64,000 bases of DNA from Candidatus Moraniibacteriota bacterium (GTDB lineage: Bacteria > Patescibacteriota > Minisyncoccia > Moranbacterales > UBA1568): positions 628 through 64,627 of the forward strand of contig JBATNG010000017.1 in assembly GCA_049290235.1 (NCBI GenBank), written 5' to 3'. Below, in pieces: positions 37,650 through 47,896 of the stretch. Below the pieces are notes generated by a model that was not told where the DNA came from, did not search any database, and worked only from the letters and a program-made list of their open reading frames with translations. Each line of letters starts with the position of its first letter. The first letter of the stretch is position 1. A program made the position numbers and the translations under genes.

Positions 37650-39011
37650 ATGTCCCGACTCCGATCGCACAGCAAGCTGAAATGGGTTGTCCGGCTCCAT
37701 TTTTGGGTCATGTTTTTTTCTTTTTTCCTGTATCTCGGCTTCGGTTTCTCGCTTGGGCCCGAATTCCTCTATCAGGATATCCGGAAGAAATTTTTTGCCT
37801 TTGCGGATGATACCATCGTCGTGACCGCGGTCGTCCCGGGTCCACCCGCCGTACCGGTCGTGACCGCGACACCGGCCTGTACCGCATTGGTACCGCGCAT
37901 CGTTCTCGATTGGGCGGATGACACGGGGACGACGCTTTGGGATATCGATCGCGATGGTTTGCCGCTCTCGACTGGACTCACGGCGTCGCAGTATCTGGAT
38001 ACGGCTGTTGTGGCCAATACGAGCTATACCTATCAGGTTACGGCCACTGGACCGATGTCACCGGGAGTGGCTGTTTCGGCGCTGGTTTCCGTGACGACAC
38101 TCGACTGTGCGAGTATCGCACCGGTGACGGTTATGATCGAAACGCTCGGGGGGAAAAACGTCACGCCAAATCATCGTCAGAATACCGATCTCTCCAAACG
38201 CCGGCCCAAGGTGACTGGGACGACCAATACCCCGTATGCCATCATCGATATCGTGGTGACCAATCCGACGATTCGTGCCCGCATCATCGCCAATGCCAAT
38301 GGGTATTTCGAATGGATCCCGCCAATCGGACTCGATACGGGGAATCATAGCCTGACGGTGACGGCCACAGATCCGAATGATCCGAGCCGGAGCGGTACGG
38401 ACAGTCTCCTCTTTTGGACCAAGAATGTGAGTGGTACCTCAACGAGAGAGACAACCCAGTCCCTGATCCCGAGTGGGAGACAGGACGCCTTCGACTTTGC
38501 CGTGGTAGTGAAGAATCCCGAGAAAGCGCTTTTTCAGGAAGAGATACTTCGGGCAGATATCGTTGCCCGTACCGGGGTTTTTCCTGAGTCGGCTGCCGGC
38601 CAGACAGTCCTCAACGATCCGACCAGGCAGGATGTACTTCAGCTCGGTCCGGTTGAGCTGAGTGGGACGGCCAAGACGACTGTCGAGACGCAGATCCCGT
38701 TTTATCTCGAGCCCGGCGAGTACCGGGTGCGGGCAGACATCACGATTGACGGTGAGACTGTCAGTCGCGAGGATACGTTCATGCTGAGGGGGCTGCCGCT
38801 CTTCACCGTCGCTGGTCGCGAGGTGACGTATGCAGAAGTCGCGAGTTATATCGGAACGCTCTTTTTTCTCCTGCTCTTCCTGTTTCTCTTTTTTCTCCTG
38901 TTCTTCATTCGTGAATACTGGCTGTATCTTCATAGCCTGCGGGCGATTACAGAGCAGCAGCTCGCTCGGCTCGGATTCTTTGGACCTGGAAAGGAGGTGA
39001 CTCGGTCATGA
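37650..39011 (+). CDS. membrane protein with Ig-like/beta-sandwich repeats and a C-terminal hydrophobic anchor
   Basis: N-terminal TM; C-terminal LFFLLLFLFLFFLLFF. Confidence 0.4.
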   Translation: MSRLRSHSKLKWVVRLHFWVMFFSFFLYLGFGFSLGPEFLYQDIRKKFFAFADDTIVVTAVVPGPPAVPVVTATPACTALVPRIVLDWADDTGTTLWDIDRDGLPLSTGLTASQYLDTAVVANTSYTYQVTATGPMSPGVAVSALVSVTTLDCASIAPVTVMIETLGGKNVTPNHRQNTDLSKRRPKVTGTTNTPYAIIDIVVTNPTIRARIIANANGYFEWIPPIGLDTGNHSLTVTATDPNDPSRSGTDSLLFWTKNVSGTSTRETTQSLIPSGRQDAFDFAVVVKNPEKALFQEEILRADIVARTGVFPESAAGQTVLNDPTRQDVLQLGPVELSGTAKTTVETQIPFYLEPGEYRVRADITIDGETVSREDTFMLRGLPLFTVAGREVTYAEVASYIGTLFFLLLFLFLFFLLFFIREYWLYLHSLRAITEQQLARLGFFGPGKEVTRS

Positions 39012-39352
39012 CAGATTTTCTCTTGCTTTTCCTCTCGTTTCTGACGGTGACGTCGTTGTTACTTTCGCTCGTATTCGTTGTCGGTATCGTTTGGCGAGTG
39101 GAATTGGAACTCGACCTATCGTTTAAATTCTTTTCCTTTGCCGTGGTTTTTCTCCTCGCCGCAGAAATCCTCGACTTTTTGCCGATGACACGTTTGGCGC
39201 CTTGGTGGCAATGGGCGCTGCCGGTCGTGAGGCTCTGCATCGCGACGAACCTCCTCCTTGGTCTCTTCTTCATGCGCGACCTCATCCGCCGGATGGACGG
39301 CGAGAAACAATCAGCGCTTCGGCCAATCTCTGACCAGGCACAACACGAATAG
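39008..39352 (+). CDS. small membrane protein
   Basis: Overlaps the upstream gene by 4 nt; three hydrophobic helices. Confidence 0.35.
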   Translation: MTDFLLLFLSFLTVTSLLLSLVFVVGIVWRVELELDLSFKFFSFAVVFLLAAEILDFLPMTRLAPWWQWALPVVRLCIATNLLLGLFFMRDLIRRMDGEKQSALRPISDQAQHE

Positions 39353-39606
39353 CGCCGGAGGATTGGCTCGGGCAATTGTCGCACTTTGGGTTGGTGCTTG
39401 TCTTCAGTGACGTGTCTTGGTATGATGGTTCCTGCGAGTTTGTTGTCCGATGGGGCAATTTTTTATTGTCGAACGCGGAGAGTACGAGGAGGACGAATCG
39501 GATGTGCTTCCCCGTACCTTGTGCCGATTGTTCGGTCGATATCGGTGATGTGTCCAAGCAGCGAGAAGGGGGTTACCTGTTGTGTCAAAATTTTTTTCGA
39601 TTGATT

Positions 39607-40038
39607 ATGCCGATCAAACACCGCCATCCAGCGCATGTCCAAGTGAAACGGACCCATATCGGGCTGGGACTTTTTGCCGTGACGGCGCTGAAGAAAGGAA
39701 CGACTGTCTTGGAATATATCGGTGAGCGGATACCGACGAGTGTCGGTGACGAACGGGACAACCGCTATATCTTCAATGTGAGTACGCGTATCGATATCGA
39801 CGGCAGTCCGCGTTGGAATACGGCGCGCTATGCCAATCACTCCTGTCGGCCCAACTGTGAGGCCATCAATCGGCGTGGCCGAATTTTCTTTGTCGCGAAG
39901 AAGTCGATCGCGAGCGGAGAGGAAATCACTCTCCATTATGGGAAGGATCACTTTGAAGGGTATATCAAACCCGTTGGCTGTCGGTGTATGAAATGCTCGC
40001 CTCTAGGCGTTGCGTCATCGAGGGCCACCCGGGGGTAG
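39607..40038 (+). CDS. SET-domain protein-lysine methyltransferase
   Basis: RYANHSCRPNC (NHSCxPN), EITLHYG (ELxxxY), post-SET CRCMKC. ATG at 39607. Confidence 0.75.
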   Translation: MPIKHRHPAHVQVKRTHIGLGLFAVTALKKGTTVLEYIGERIPTSVGDERDNRYIFNVSTRIDIDGSPRWNTARYANHSCRPNCEAINRRGRIFFVAKKSIASGEEITLHYGKDHFEGYIKPVGCRCMKCSPLGVASSRATRG

Positions 40039-40062
40039 CCGAAGCAGATGGAGTGTCACTAG

Positions 40063-40827
40063 TTGACTATGTCCCTGATCCGTGGGACGCTCTCCATCAT
40101 GGAAGAATCAATCCCATTCCCGATCCGGATTAATCGCTATCTGGCGTTACGCGGTCTCACGACGCGCAAGGCGGCCGATGGGTTGATCGTGGCCGGTCGA
40201 GTGAGTGTCAATGGTCAGACGGCGACACTCGGCATGCGGGTGAACGCTGATGATCACGTCGAAGTACGAGGGGAAGTCAGGGCCAAGCCGTATCGTTACA
40301 TCCTCTATTACAAGCCGCGTGGCATCATCACGCATTCACCGGTGAAGCGAGAAAAAAGTATCGCCGACATCTACCCAGAAAAGGGAGTCTTCCCCATCGG
40401 CCGACTCGACAAGGCGTCCGAAGGGCTCATGCTCTTGACCGATGATGGGCGCGTCACTGAGCGATTGCTCCATCCGCGGTTCGTCCATGAGAAGGAGTAC
40501 GAGGTAGTGATCCAAGAAGCGGTGCCGGCGGACATACCGGAGAAACTCGTGCGCGGCATCGAGAGTGAAGGGGAACGTCTCCAGGCCAAACGCGTGAAGG
40601 TGCTCAATCGCTCCGAACTCTCGATCGTCCTCACTGAAGGTAAAAAACATCAGATCCGACGCATGCTCTCGGCGCTCCATCTCACCGTGAAAGCCTTGAA
40701 GCGCGTCCGTATCATGGATCTCCGAATTGGATCGCTCATCCCAGGGGAGGGACGACAGCTCACCCGTCCGGAAGCAGCAGCATTTCTCGCCGCCCTCGGC
40801 ATCCCTGAGGCGGGCACCCGACGGTAA
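40063..40827 (+). CDS. pseudouridine synthase, RsuA/RluB family
   Basis: S4-like IRINRYLALRGLTTRKAADGLIVAGRVSVNG. Catalytic PIGRLDKASEGLMLLTDDG. Confidence 0.8.
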   Translation: MTMSLIRGTLSIMEESIPFPIRINRYLALRGLTTRKAADGLIVAGRVSVNGQTATLGMRVNADDHVEVRGEVRAKPYRYILYYKPRGIITHSPVKREKSIADIYPEKGVFPIGRLDKASEGLMLLTDDGRVTERLLHPRFVHEKEYEVVIQEAVPADIPEKLVRGIESEGERLQAKRVKVLNRSELSIVLTEGKKHQIRRMLSALHLTVKALKRVRIMDLRIGSLIPGEGRQLTRPEAAAFLAALGIPEAGTRR

Positions 40828-40953
40828 CCGGAGTATCGCCCGGGGCACAGGCTTGACAGAGGGAGTATAAACCTGATTAAATGGGATTCCGTCCTGAAAG
40901 AGAGACCCTGCTTCTTATTTTGTGGGATTTGGTCCCGTTTTCCGTTTTCAGTT

Positions 40954-41736
40954 ATGTCTGACCGCCGGCTCTCAGTTATCATCCCCACACTCAATGAGCG
41001 GGGGAATATCGAACCGCTCCTCCGGCGCCTGAGTGATTTTTTGACGCATCATCAGTATGTCTGTGAGGCGATTGTGGTTGATGATCGATCAACCGATGGG
41101 ACGTTTCAAAAATTAGAACGGTTGCAAGAGGAGGGTCTTCCTATCCGTCCGTTTCGAAAGATTGGTTGCCGAGGCAAGGCATACTCGCTTCTCGAAGGAT
41201 TTGAACGGGCGCAGTTTGATAACATCGCTATTTTGGACGCGGACCTCCAGTGTCCACCCGAGGCAATCGGTCCGATGTTTGAGTATCTTCTCTCGGGTAC
41301 GGACGTTATCGTTGCGAATCGGAGCAATGCTGTTGGAAACCCATGCCGTCGAATGGCGAGCTGGATTTTTCAGGAAGTCTTCGCTCGGCGGTTGAATGGC
41401 CTTCAAGTAGATTCACAGTCAGGACTGAAGCTCTTCCGCCGCTCGGTGTTAGAGTCAGTGACGCTTGCTCCATCCCCGTGGACCTTTGACATGGAATTCC
41501 TTTTGAAGGCACAGCTCGCGGGGTATGCTGTGAGAGGGTATACGGTTGATTTCTCTGAACGGAACTCTGGCGAATCGAAGATCAGTCTCTGGAGTGCTTC
41601 GGTCGAGATCGCGTGGAATGCGCTTTCCCTCTGGTATCAGCATCGGCTTCCGGTACTGGCACGTTCTGTGGGCGCCGGACTTCTGGGAAAGGGGAGGCGG
41701 CTCACGGGACTGATCAGTAATCGTCGCCTGTTTTAA
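40954..41736 (+). CDS. family 2 glycosyltransferase (polyprenyl-phosphate sugar synthase-like)
   Basis: LSVIIPTLNERGNI, DDRSTDGT, DADLQ. Confidence 0.75.
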   Translation: MSDRRLSVIIPTLNERGNIEPLLRRLSDFLTHHQYVCEAIVVDDRSTDGTFQKLERLQEEGLPIRPFRKIGCRGKAYSLLEGFERAQFDNIAILDADLQCPPEAIGPMFEYLLSGTDVIVANRSNAVGNPCRRMASWIFQEVFARRLNGLQVDSQSGLKLFRRSVLESVTLAPSPWTFDMEFLLKAQLAGYAVRGYTVDFSERNSGESKISLWSASVEIAWNALSLWYQHRLPVLARSVGAGLLGKGRRLTGLISNRRLF

Positions 41737-41749
41737 GTAACATCTTTGT

Positions 41750-42175
41750 ATGTCCAATCAACAGCCACTCGTGCTCCCGATCATCAACATTGCTCTTCCG
41801 AGGACGCTTATCCTCTACTTCTTCATTGGCTCGAGCGCAGCCCTCGTTGATGTGGTCGGGTTTTTCCTCCTGTTCAATACCTATGGGATACCGGCAGTAG
41901 TTGCGACGGCAATTTCTGTTTCCCTCGCGACGATCTACTCATTTGTGCTCAACGCGAAATATAACTTTAAGGTCAGCGATCGTCTGGGGATGCGTCTCGT
42001 CCTCTTCTCTCTGGTCAGCGGCGCTGGACTTCTCCTCTCAGCTCTCGCGCTGTATGTCGCGCATGATATGTACGGAATCAACGGAAACATCGTGAAGATC
42101 GCCTCATTGCCGGTTATTTTTGTGGTGCAGTTCTTGTTGAACAAGCATATTTCATTTAAGTCGAATACTTTATGA
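41750..42175 (+). CDS. GtrA-family small membrane protein
   Basis: Four-TM GtrA-like pattern. ATGA overlap with the next gene. Confidence 0.6.
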   Translation: MSNQQPLVLPIINIALPRTLILYFFIGSSAALVDVVGFFLLFNTYGIPAVVATAISVSLATIYSFVLNAKYNFKVSDRLGMRLVLFSLVSGAGLLLSALALYVAHDMYGINGNIVKIASLPVIFVVQFLLNKHISFKSNTL

Positions 42176-43512
42176 ACGAGACCGCTATGAAGAAATCAGT
42201 TGCTATCATCGGTGCTGGATATACTGGCCTCGTCGCTGCCTATCGCCTCGCCAAGGCTGGGCAGGCGGTTACGGTCTATGAACGAGAGTCGTATGTCGCC
42301 GGTCTCGTCTCAGGATTTTCTTTGGATGGGATTGCGATGGAGAAGATCTATCACTTTCTCTATAAGACCGATGCGGATATCCTCGGCCTCCTCGAAGAGC
42401 TGGGCGTCCGAGAGAAACTCGTCTTCCATGATAGCTCCGTCTCGACGTACTATGATGGAAAACTGTATCCATTCATGACCCCCGTGGACATCCTGCGCTT
42501 TACCCCGCTTTCATTTTTGAATCGGATCCGTTTTGGTGTTGTTGGTCTGTATTTGCAATTTTTGACCCGCTGGGAGCCCTTGACCCGTGTTACAGCCTAC
42601 GATTGGATGCTGAAATGGTCAGGCAAAGAAGTCATGGACATTATCTGGACCCCGCTGCTTAAGGGGAAGTTCTCGAAATACTATGACAAGATTGCCATGT
42701 CTTGGCTTTGGTCACGAATCCGGGTTCGGGCACGATCCAAGGAAAAGGGTGATGTCGTGGAGAAGTTAGGTTATTTTACCGGCGGTTGGCACATTGTGGC
42801 CGATCGTTTGGTCGAAGAGATTGAGAAGCTTGGTGGGGAAGTCCGTACAGGCGTACAGATCGAATCCCTTCGCTCCATCCCTGAGTCGGGGAAGGTTGAG
42901 GTGATGATTGATGGTTCTCCGATTCTTCACGATACCGTGATCGCGACTATTCCGACCCATGTCTTTGGTCGTCTCGTTGAAAATGATCCGTTGGCGACAG
43001 CTGAATACAAGTCACAGCTCGCGAGCATCGACTACATCGGTGCCGTCGTCATGCCGTTTGTTTCAACAGAACGTATCACCTCATATTACTGGCACAACAT
43101 CAACGATCCTCGCTGTCCGTTCCTCGTATTTCTCTCGCTTTCAGAGCTAGCCGGTTCGGAAAATTTTGGCGGTAAGCATGTGTATTACGTCGGTGCCTAT
43201 GTTTCGCACGACCACCCCTATTTTTCTCTCGAGAAGGAGGCTATCATGGATGAATGGAAAGCCGGACTGAAGCTGATGTTTCCGGATTTCGATGCTTCGA
43301 AGATAACCGCCACTGAGCTGTTCCGCTTCAAGAACGCACAGCATATTGTCGGAATGGGTTACAAGGAAAAGATGCCGGCGTATCAGACACCGCTTCCAGG
43401 CGTCTACCTCGCAAACTTTTCTCAGATCTACCCGGACGACCGTGGTACCAACTATGCGGTTCGTGACGGCAATGTGATTGCTGATATGGTATTGCGTAAC
43501 CTGAACGCCTGA
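42172..43512 (+). CDS. FAD/NAD(P)-binding oxidoreductase (amine oxidase / desaturase-like)
   Basis: Rossmann motif VAIIGAGYTGLVAAYRLAKAG. Confidence 0.65.
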   Translation: MNETAMKKSVAIIGAGYTGLVAAYRLAKAGQAVTVYERESYVAGLVSGFSLDGIAMEKIYHFLYKTDADILGLLEELGVREKLVFHDSSVSTYYDGKLYPFMTPVDILRFTPLSFLNRIRFGVVGLYLQFLTRWEPLTRVTAYDWMLKWSGKEVMDIIWTPLLKGKFSKYYDKIAMSWLWSRIRVRARSKEKGDVVEKLGYFTGGWHIVADRLVEEIEKLGGEVRTGVQIESLRSIPESGKVEVMIDGSPILHDTVIATIPTHVFGRLVENDPLATAEYKSQLASIDYIGAVVMPFVSTERITSYYWHNINDPRCPFLVFLSLSELAGSENFGGKHVYYVGAYVSHDHPYFSLEKEAIMDEWKAGLKLMFPDFDASKITATELFRFKNAQHIVGMGYKEKMPAYQTPLPGVYLANFSQIYPDDRGTNYAVRDGNVIADMVLRNLNA

Positions 43513-43528
43513 GACAGCATTCTCACCT

Positions 43529-46354
43529 ATGCCCAAGCTTGACCTCACTATCCTCCTACCGACCTATAACGAAGCGGCCAACATCGCTCCGTTGCTTCGG
43601 GCTGTCGCTCGCTCGCTTGAAGAGAGCGATGTGCGGTATGAAATCGTCTTTGTCGACGATAGTTCGGACATGACACCGGATGTCATCACTCGGATGCGAG
43701 AGGTTTACAAGGATGTCCGGCTAATTCGTCGAGCACCCGAAGAACGAACAGGTCTCGCAACAGCGCTCATCGCAGGCTTCGCAGCGGCGAAGGGCGAATA
43801 CATCCTCTGTATGGATTCCGATCTCCAACACCCACCCTATGCCATACCGGAGCTTATTGCGAAACTTCGCGAGACGGGCGCTGATGTGACCGTCGCGACG
43901 CGGTATGCTGCCGGCGGGAGCGCCGAGGGACTTGGTACGTTGTACCGTCGAGCCGTCTCCCACCTGTGTCGATTTGCGGCGTGGGCGATCATTCCGCAGA
44001 CGCACAAGACCACCGACCCGGGGAGCGGCTTCTTTGTGTTTCGGAAATCTATTGTCGAGAATCTTAATTTTCAGGGCCTTCAAGGATTCAAGATCCTGAT
44101 CGATATCCTCGCCCGGACCAAGAAGCTCCGAGTTTCTGAAGTTCCCTATACTTTCCGAAAGCGAATCAATAATGAAAGCAAGGCGACCGTCGAACAGGGG
44201 ATCGCCTTCCTTCGGCACCTTGTTCTTTTGAAGTGGCAGAGTCTCGTGCCTGAGGCAACAGGTCCGAAAAGTATCGAAAGCGCTATCCCGGCGCGTCGAG
44301 AGCCCCGGAACTGGGGTCGCATCTCTCAGACGCTTTTGATCGACGGCGCTATCGCCCTCGCGATTGGTCTGGTGGGGTGGTACCTGGTTGGTTACTACGC
44401 CGCCTTCAATTATTTGTACACGGGCTATGAGGACTGGATCTACCATGCGTTCCGAGTGAAGTCGCTGCAGGACCATGGGCTGGTCGCCTGGGACCATATC
44501 TGGAGTAACGGTATCGGTTATTGGAAACTGTACCAGTATGTGGCGCACTACATCATGCTCGGCGTCGTCGAGCTCACGGGTCTCCCAATTACCAAGGTGC
44601 TGCTGCTTTCTCTCGTTGTTCTCTACATCGGTCTTCGGGTGGCATTGTACGGCATCCTCCGTCTCCTCGGCGCGAATCGGATTTTTGCCGTGTTGCCAGT
44701 GATCGCTTCGTACACCATCGTCCAGGAGTGGGGTTCCATGCAGGATTACTCAATCTACATCGCTTTCATCGCCTTTCCCCTCCATCTCCTGCTTTGGATC
44801 ATGGCTTTTCGTGATCTCAAGTGGATTTATGTCTTGGCGGCGGTCACCGGTGCTGTCTGGACTTTTCATCCCGTATTTGGTTTCAATGCCTCAATCCTGC
44901 TTGGACTCCTCGTTGTCTTTTCAAAACTGAAATCCGATTTCTCAAAAATCTTCCGGGTAGGCATCGTCTATTTCATCGCAGCGGCACCATTTTTAACCTC
45001 GTACTTTACGGCCGGTTACTTCTTCACTAACCCGCTCTTCAAATCGTACATCTACCTCTCGACATCGGTACTGGCTCCGTACGGCGGCCTCAGTATGCTC
45101 TATTGGCTCCTTTTCGGGATTATCTGGCTTTTGGTTATCTGGCGCTCACAACTCGTCCCGACCTGGACCAAGGTGCTGCTGGTCTACGCGAGCGTTTATC
45201 TCGTACTCATTTACCTTGGACAGAAGGATTATCTTCCGAATTTCCTCGTCCAGTTCCAGTTCTCACGCGGCATCACAGCGGTCGCATTTGCTCTCGTCCT
45301 CGTTTTTGGTGTCGTGCTCCAGCGGACGCTCGGCGCGGTACAGGGACTTGGTATCAAGCTTGTCGCTACTGTTCTCATCGCTGCAGGCATCGTCCATGCT
45401 GTTGATATCGCTTCGCGTTACTACGTTTCACCGCCGGTCAATGAAATCCAGAATGCCGTTGCTGAGTATTTCACCGATCATGACTTGCCGAAGGGCAGTG
45501 TCTTTACAGAAAACGTTTCTGAAGCAACCTACTTTGCTCCGGCTGGCGTACGGTACGTCACGTCATACAATGAGCATATGCAGCCGCATCCCTATTCGAC
45601 GCGTCTTCGCGTTCTCATGAATAGTCGGCTCGGTTACACGGGTATTTCACAGGCCCATCTCCGGAACATCGAGAATTACGCCACCGTTCTTGGTATCGAA
45701 TATCTCTTTTTGCCCGCAGCCTCACCGTTGGTCACGGGGCTGACTTCCAAGGACGGAGCAATGTTCGAGTTGGTTGCGCTTGAGAATAGCGAACCGCTGA
45801 CCGACGCGATTGCTGTGCTCCGTAATACGTCGCCAATCATATCAGCCTTTGCTGTTTCGCGCTCGGAAATTTCTGACCGCCTCCTTAGTGATGAGCTTCC
45901 ATTGCCAACGATTCATATTGCCTCCTACAAGCCGTGGGATGAACGGATTGCTGAGATGGCAGAGATCGTGCGTTCCTCGGCCATTGTGCCGATCGAAGTC
46001 GGATTTGTTCCGACCAATGTACTGGAGATTGGTGGCGAGTCATTTCCCAAGTTGGATACGATGAATGATCCAATCATCCTCGTCAATCAGAGCTATGATG
46101 CGAAATGGCAGGTAGTTTCTCCTCAGGCGGGCGCATGGTCTGTTCAGCCATCGACACTTCGGCTTATGGTGTTGGAAAAATCGGGGAGTGTCCCGGTTCA
46201 GGCCTTTGAATTACGCAATGATTGGCCGTGGTGGTACTGGCCGGTGCAGTCCCTCGGGGTCGTGATGACTCTTGTGGCTGTGCTTTGGACTATGAAGACG
46301 CATGGTCTTATCCGAATTTCGTTCAGGAAACTCTCCAGCTATGTCAACAAATAA
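43529..46354 (+). CDS. GT2 glycosyltransferase fused to a large polytopic membrane domain (GT-C/YfhO-like)
   Basis: N-terminal LTILLPTYNEAANI..DDSSD..DSDLQ, then more than 12 predicted TM helices and a C-terminal soluble domain. Confidence 0.6.
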   Translation: MPKLDLTILLPTYNEAANIAPLLRAVARSLEESDVRYEIVFVDDSSDMTPDVITRMREVYKDVRLIRRAPEERTGLATALIAGFAAAKGEYILCMDSDLQHPPYAIPELIAKLRETGADVTVATRYAAGGSAEGLGTLYRRAVSHLCRFAAWAIIPQTHKTTDPGSGFFVFRKSIVENLNFQGLQGFKILIDILARTKKLRVSEVPYTFRKRINNESKATVEQGIAFLRHLVLLKWQSLVPEATGPKSIESAIPARREPRNWGRISQTLLIDGAIALAIGLVGWYLVGYYAAFNYLYTGYEDWIYHAFRVKSLQDHGLVAWDHIWSNGIGYWKLYQYVAHYIMLGVVELTGLPITKVLLLSLVVLYIGLRVALYGILRLLGANRIFAVLPVIASYTIVQEWGSMQDYSIYIAFIAFPLHLLLWIMAFRDLKWIYVLAAVTGAVWTFHPVFGFNASILLGLLVVFSKLKSDFSKIFRVGIVYFIAAAPFLTSYFTAGYFFTNPLFKSYIYLSTSVLAPYGGLSMLYWLLFGIIWLLVIWRSQLVPTWTKVLLVYASVYLVLIYLGQKDYLPNFLVQFQFSRGITAVAFALVLVFGVVLQRTLGAVQGLGIKLVATVLIAAGIVHAVDIASRYYVSPPVNEIQNAVAEYFTDHDLPKGSVFTENVSEATYFAPAGVRYVTSYNEHMQPHPYSTRLRVLMNSRLGYTGISQAHLRNIENYATVLGIEYLFLPAASPLVTGLTSKDGAMFELVALENSEPLTDAIAVLRNTSPIISAFAVSRSEISDRLLSDELPLPTIHIASYKPWDERIAEMAEIVRSSAIVPIEVGFVPTNVLEIGGESFPKLDTMNDPIILVNQSYDAKWQVVSPQAGAWSVQPSTLRLMVLEKSGSVPVQAFELRNDWPWWYWPVQSLGVVMTLVAVLWTMKTHGLIRISFRKLSSYVNK

Positions 46355-47867
46355 CACTCAAAAACCAGAACGCTTTCTCGCCTCGACACGGATCGATAAT
46401 CTGACGATTGTCTTTCTGCTCTCGGCACCGTTTGTCGTAGTCTTCTACGCTTCTTTCGTCTTCAATCCAGCCAATGCCGATCACCTCGTGCTCTATGCTT
46501 TCCAGGTGTTGGCGGATGCGATCAGTATCACGGTACTCGCCGGACTCTGGGTGACCGTCCTTCTCGATGTCGTTGTTGAGTGGCATCATCGTTTGAAGCG
46601 TGTCTGGGATGCCTCATTTCTCGAGACGAGCCCAACGATAGACTGTATCGTAACGACATATAATGAGCCGATTCCAGTGATCCGCAGGACGCTCAAGGCC
46701 GTCATCTCGATGGAGTATCCCCATACGACGTATGCCTTTGACGACGGACAATCGGCTGAAGTTGCAGCACTCGCGAAGGAGCTTGGAGTCCGCTACGTGA
46801 CGCGCGAGAGCCGTCAGCATGCGAAAGCGGGGAATTTGAACAATGGCCTTCAGCAATGCGAAGGAGACTTTTTTGCGGTCTTTGATGCCGATCAGGTGCC
46901 AAAGCCAGACTTTATCACGACACTCCTCCCCTATATGGCCAATGCTCGTGTCGCGATGGTTCAATCGCCGCAGCACTACGCGAATACCGAACACTTTATC
47001 GCCTCTGGCGCAGCCCAGGCGCAGGAAGTTTTTTACCGCTATGTCTGCCCGTCAAAGAACATCTCGAATTCAGCCTTTTGCGTTGGGACGAACATGATTT
47101 TCCGTCGGGCGGCGATCGATAGCATTGGTGGAATCGCGTTCAATAAATCAGAGGACATCTGGACCTCGCTCAAGCTTCATGAGGGCGGCTGGCAGACTAT
47201 TTTCGTGAACCGTATCCTCGCTATCGGACAGGCGCCTGATACAGTCGTCTCGTATTTCAAGCAGCAGCTCCGCTGGGCCCGTGGTGGACTCGAGATGTTG
47301 TTCTATCATAACCCACTGCGTTCTACTCGACTTCAGCTCGACCAGCGTATCCAATACTTCATGTCGAATTCATTCTTCTTGGTCGGGATTTCGATTTTCG
47401 TCTACCTCATTTTTCCGCTCCTCTATCTCCTCTTCTCCATCAAGCCGCTCGAGTCGCTATCGCCATTTACCTGGCTCGTCCACTACGTTCCGTTCTTCCT
47501 CCTCTATTACTCCCTCACGTGGCTGTTGACTGGCCGACTCCATCTCTCGACCCTCGCGACTGCGCTTGCGACATTCTACCCGTACCTCATGGCACTCCTC
47601 TCTGTATTCTTTGACAAGGAGCATGAGTGGACCGCGACGACGTCGAAGAAAAGCTCCCAGGACTACTTTATGAAGTGGGCGTGGCCGCATGCTTTTATCA
47701 TGTTCCTCACGCCGCTCGCGCTTATAGTTGGTTGGTATAATAATTACGATTTCTGGTCGACACTCTTCTATTCTGTCTGGTCTGTCGTGAACATGCTCCT
47801 CCTCTATGTGTTTCTCACCGGTGAAGGTCGCACCGGGAGCGGTCCGCGAAAAGAATCAGAAGCCTAA
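46341..47867 (+). CDS. processive family 2 beta-glycosyltransferase (cellulose/curdlan/chitin synthase-like; QxxRW)
   Basis: DDGQS, FDADQVP (DxD), QQLRWARG (QxxRW), and TM helices at both ends. Confidence 0.75.
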   Translation: MSTNNTQKPERFLASTRIDNLTIVFLLSAPFVVVFYASFVFNPANADHLVLYAFQVLADAISITVLAGLWVTVLLDVVVEWHHRLKRVWDASFLETSPTIDCIVTTYNEPIPVIRRTLKAVISMEYPHTTYAFDDGQSAEVAALAKELGVRYVTRESRQHAKAGNLNNGLQQCEGDFFAVFDADQVPKPDFITTLLPYMANARVAMVQSPQHYANTEHFIASGAAQAQEVFYRYVCPSKNISNSAFCVGTNMIFRRAAIDSIGGIAFNKSEDIWTSLKLHEGGWQTIFVNRILAIGQAPDTVVSYFKQQLRWARGGLEMLFYHNPLRSTRLQLDQRIQYFMSNSFFLVGISIFVYLIFPLLYLLFSIKPLESLSPFTWLVHYVPFFLLYYSLTWLLTGRLHLSTLATALATFYPYLMALLSVFFDKEHEWTATTSKKSSQDYFMKWAWPHAFIMFLTPLALIVGWYNNYDFWSTLFYSVWSVVNMLLLYVFLTGEGRTGSGPRKESEA

Positions 47868-47896
47868 TCACGATTTCTCTCTAATCTCTCACCTCT

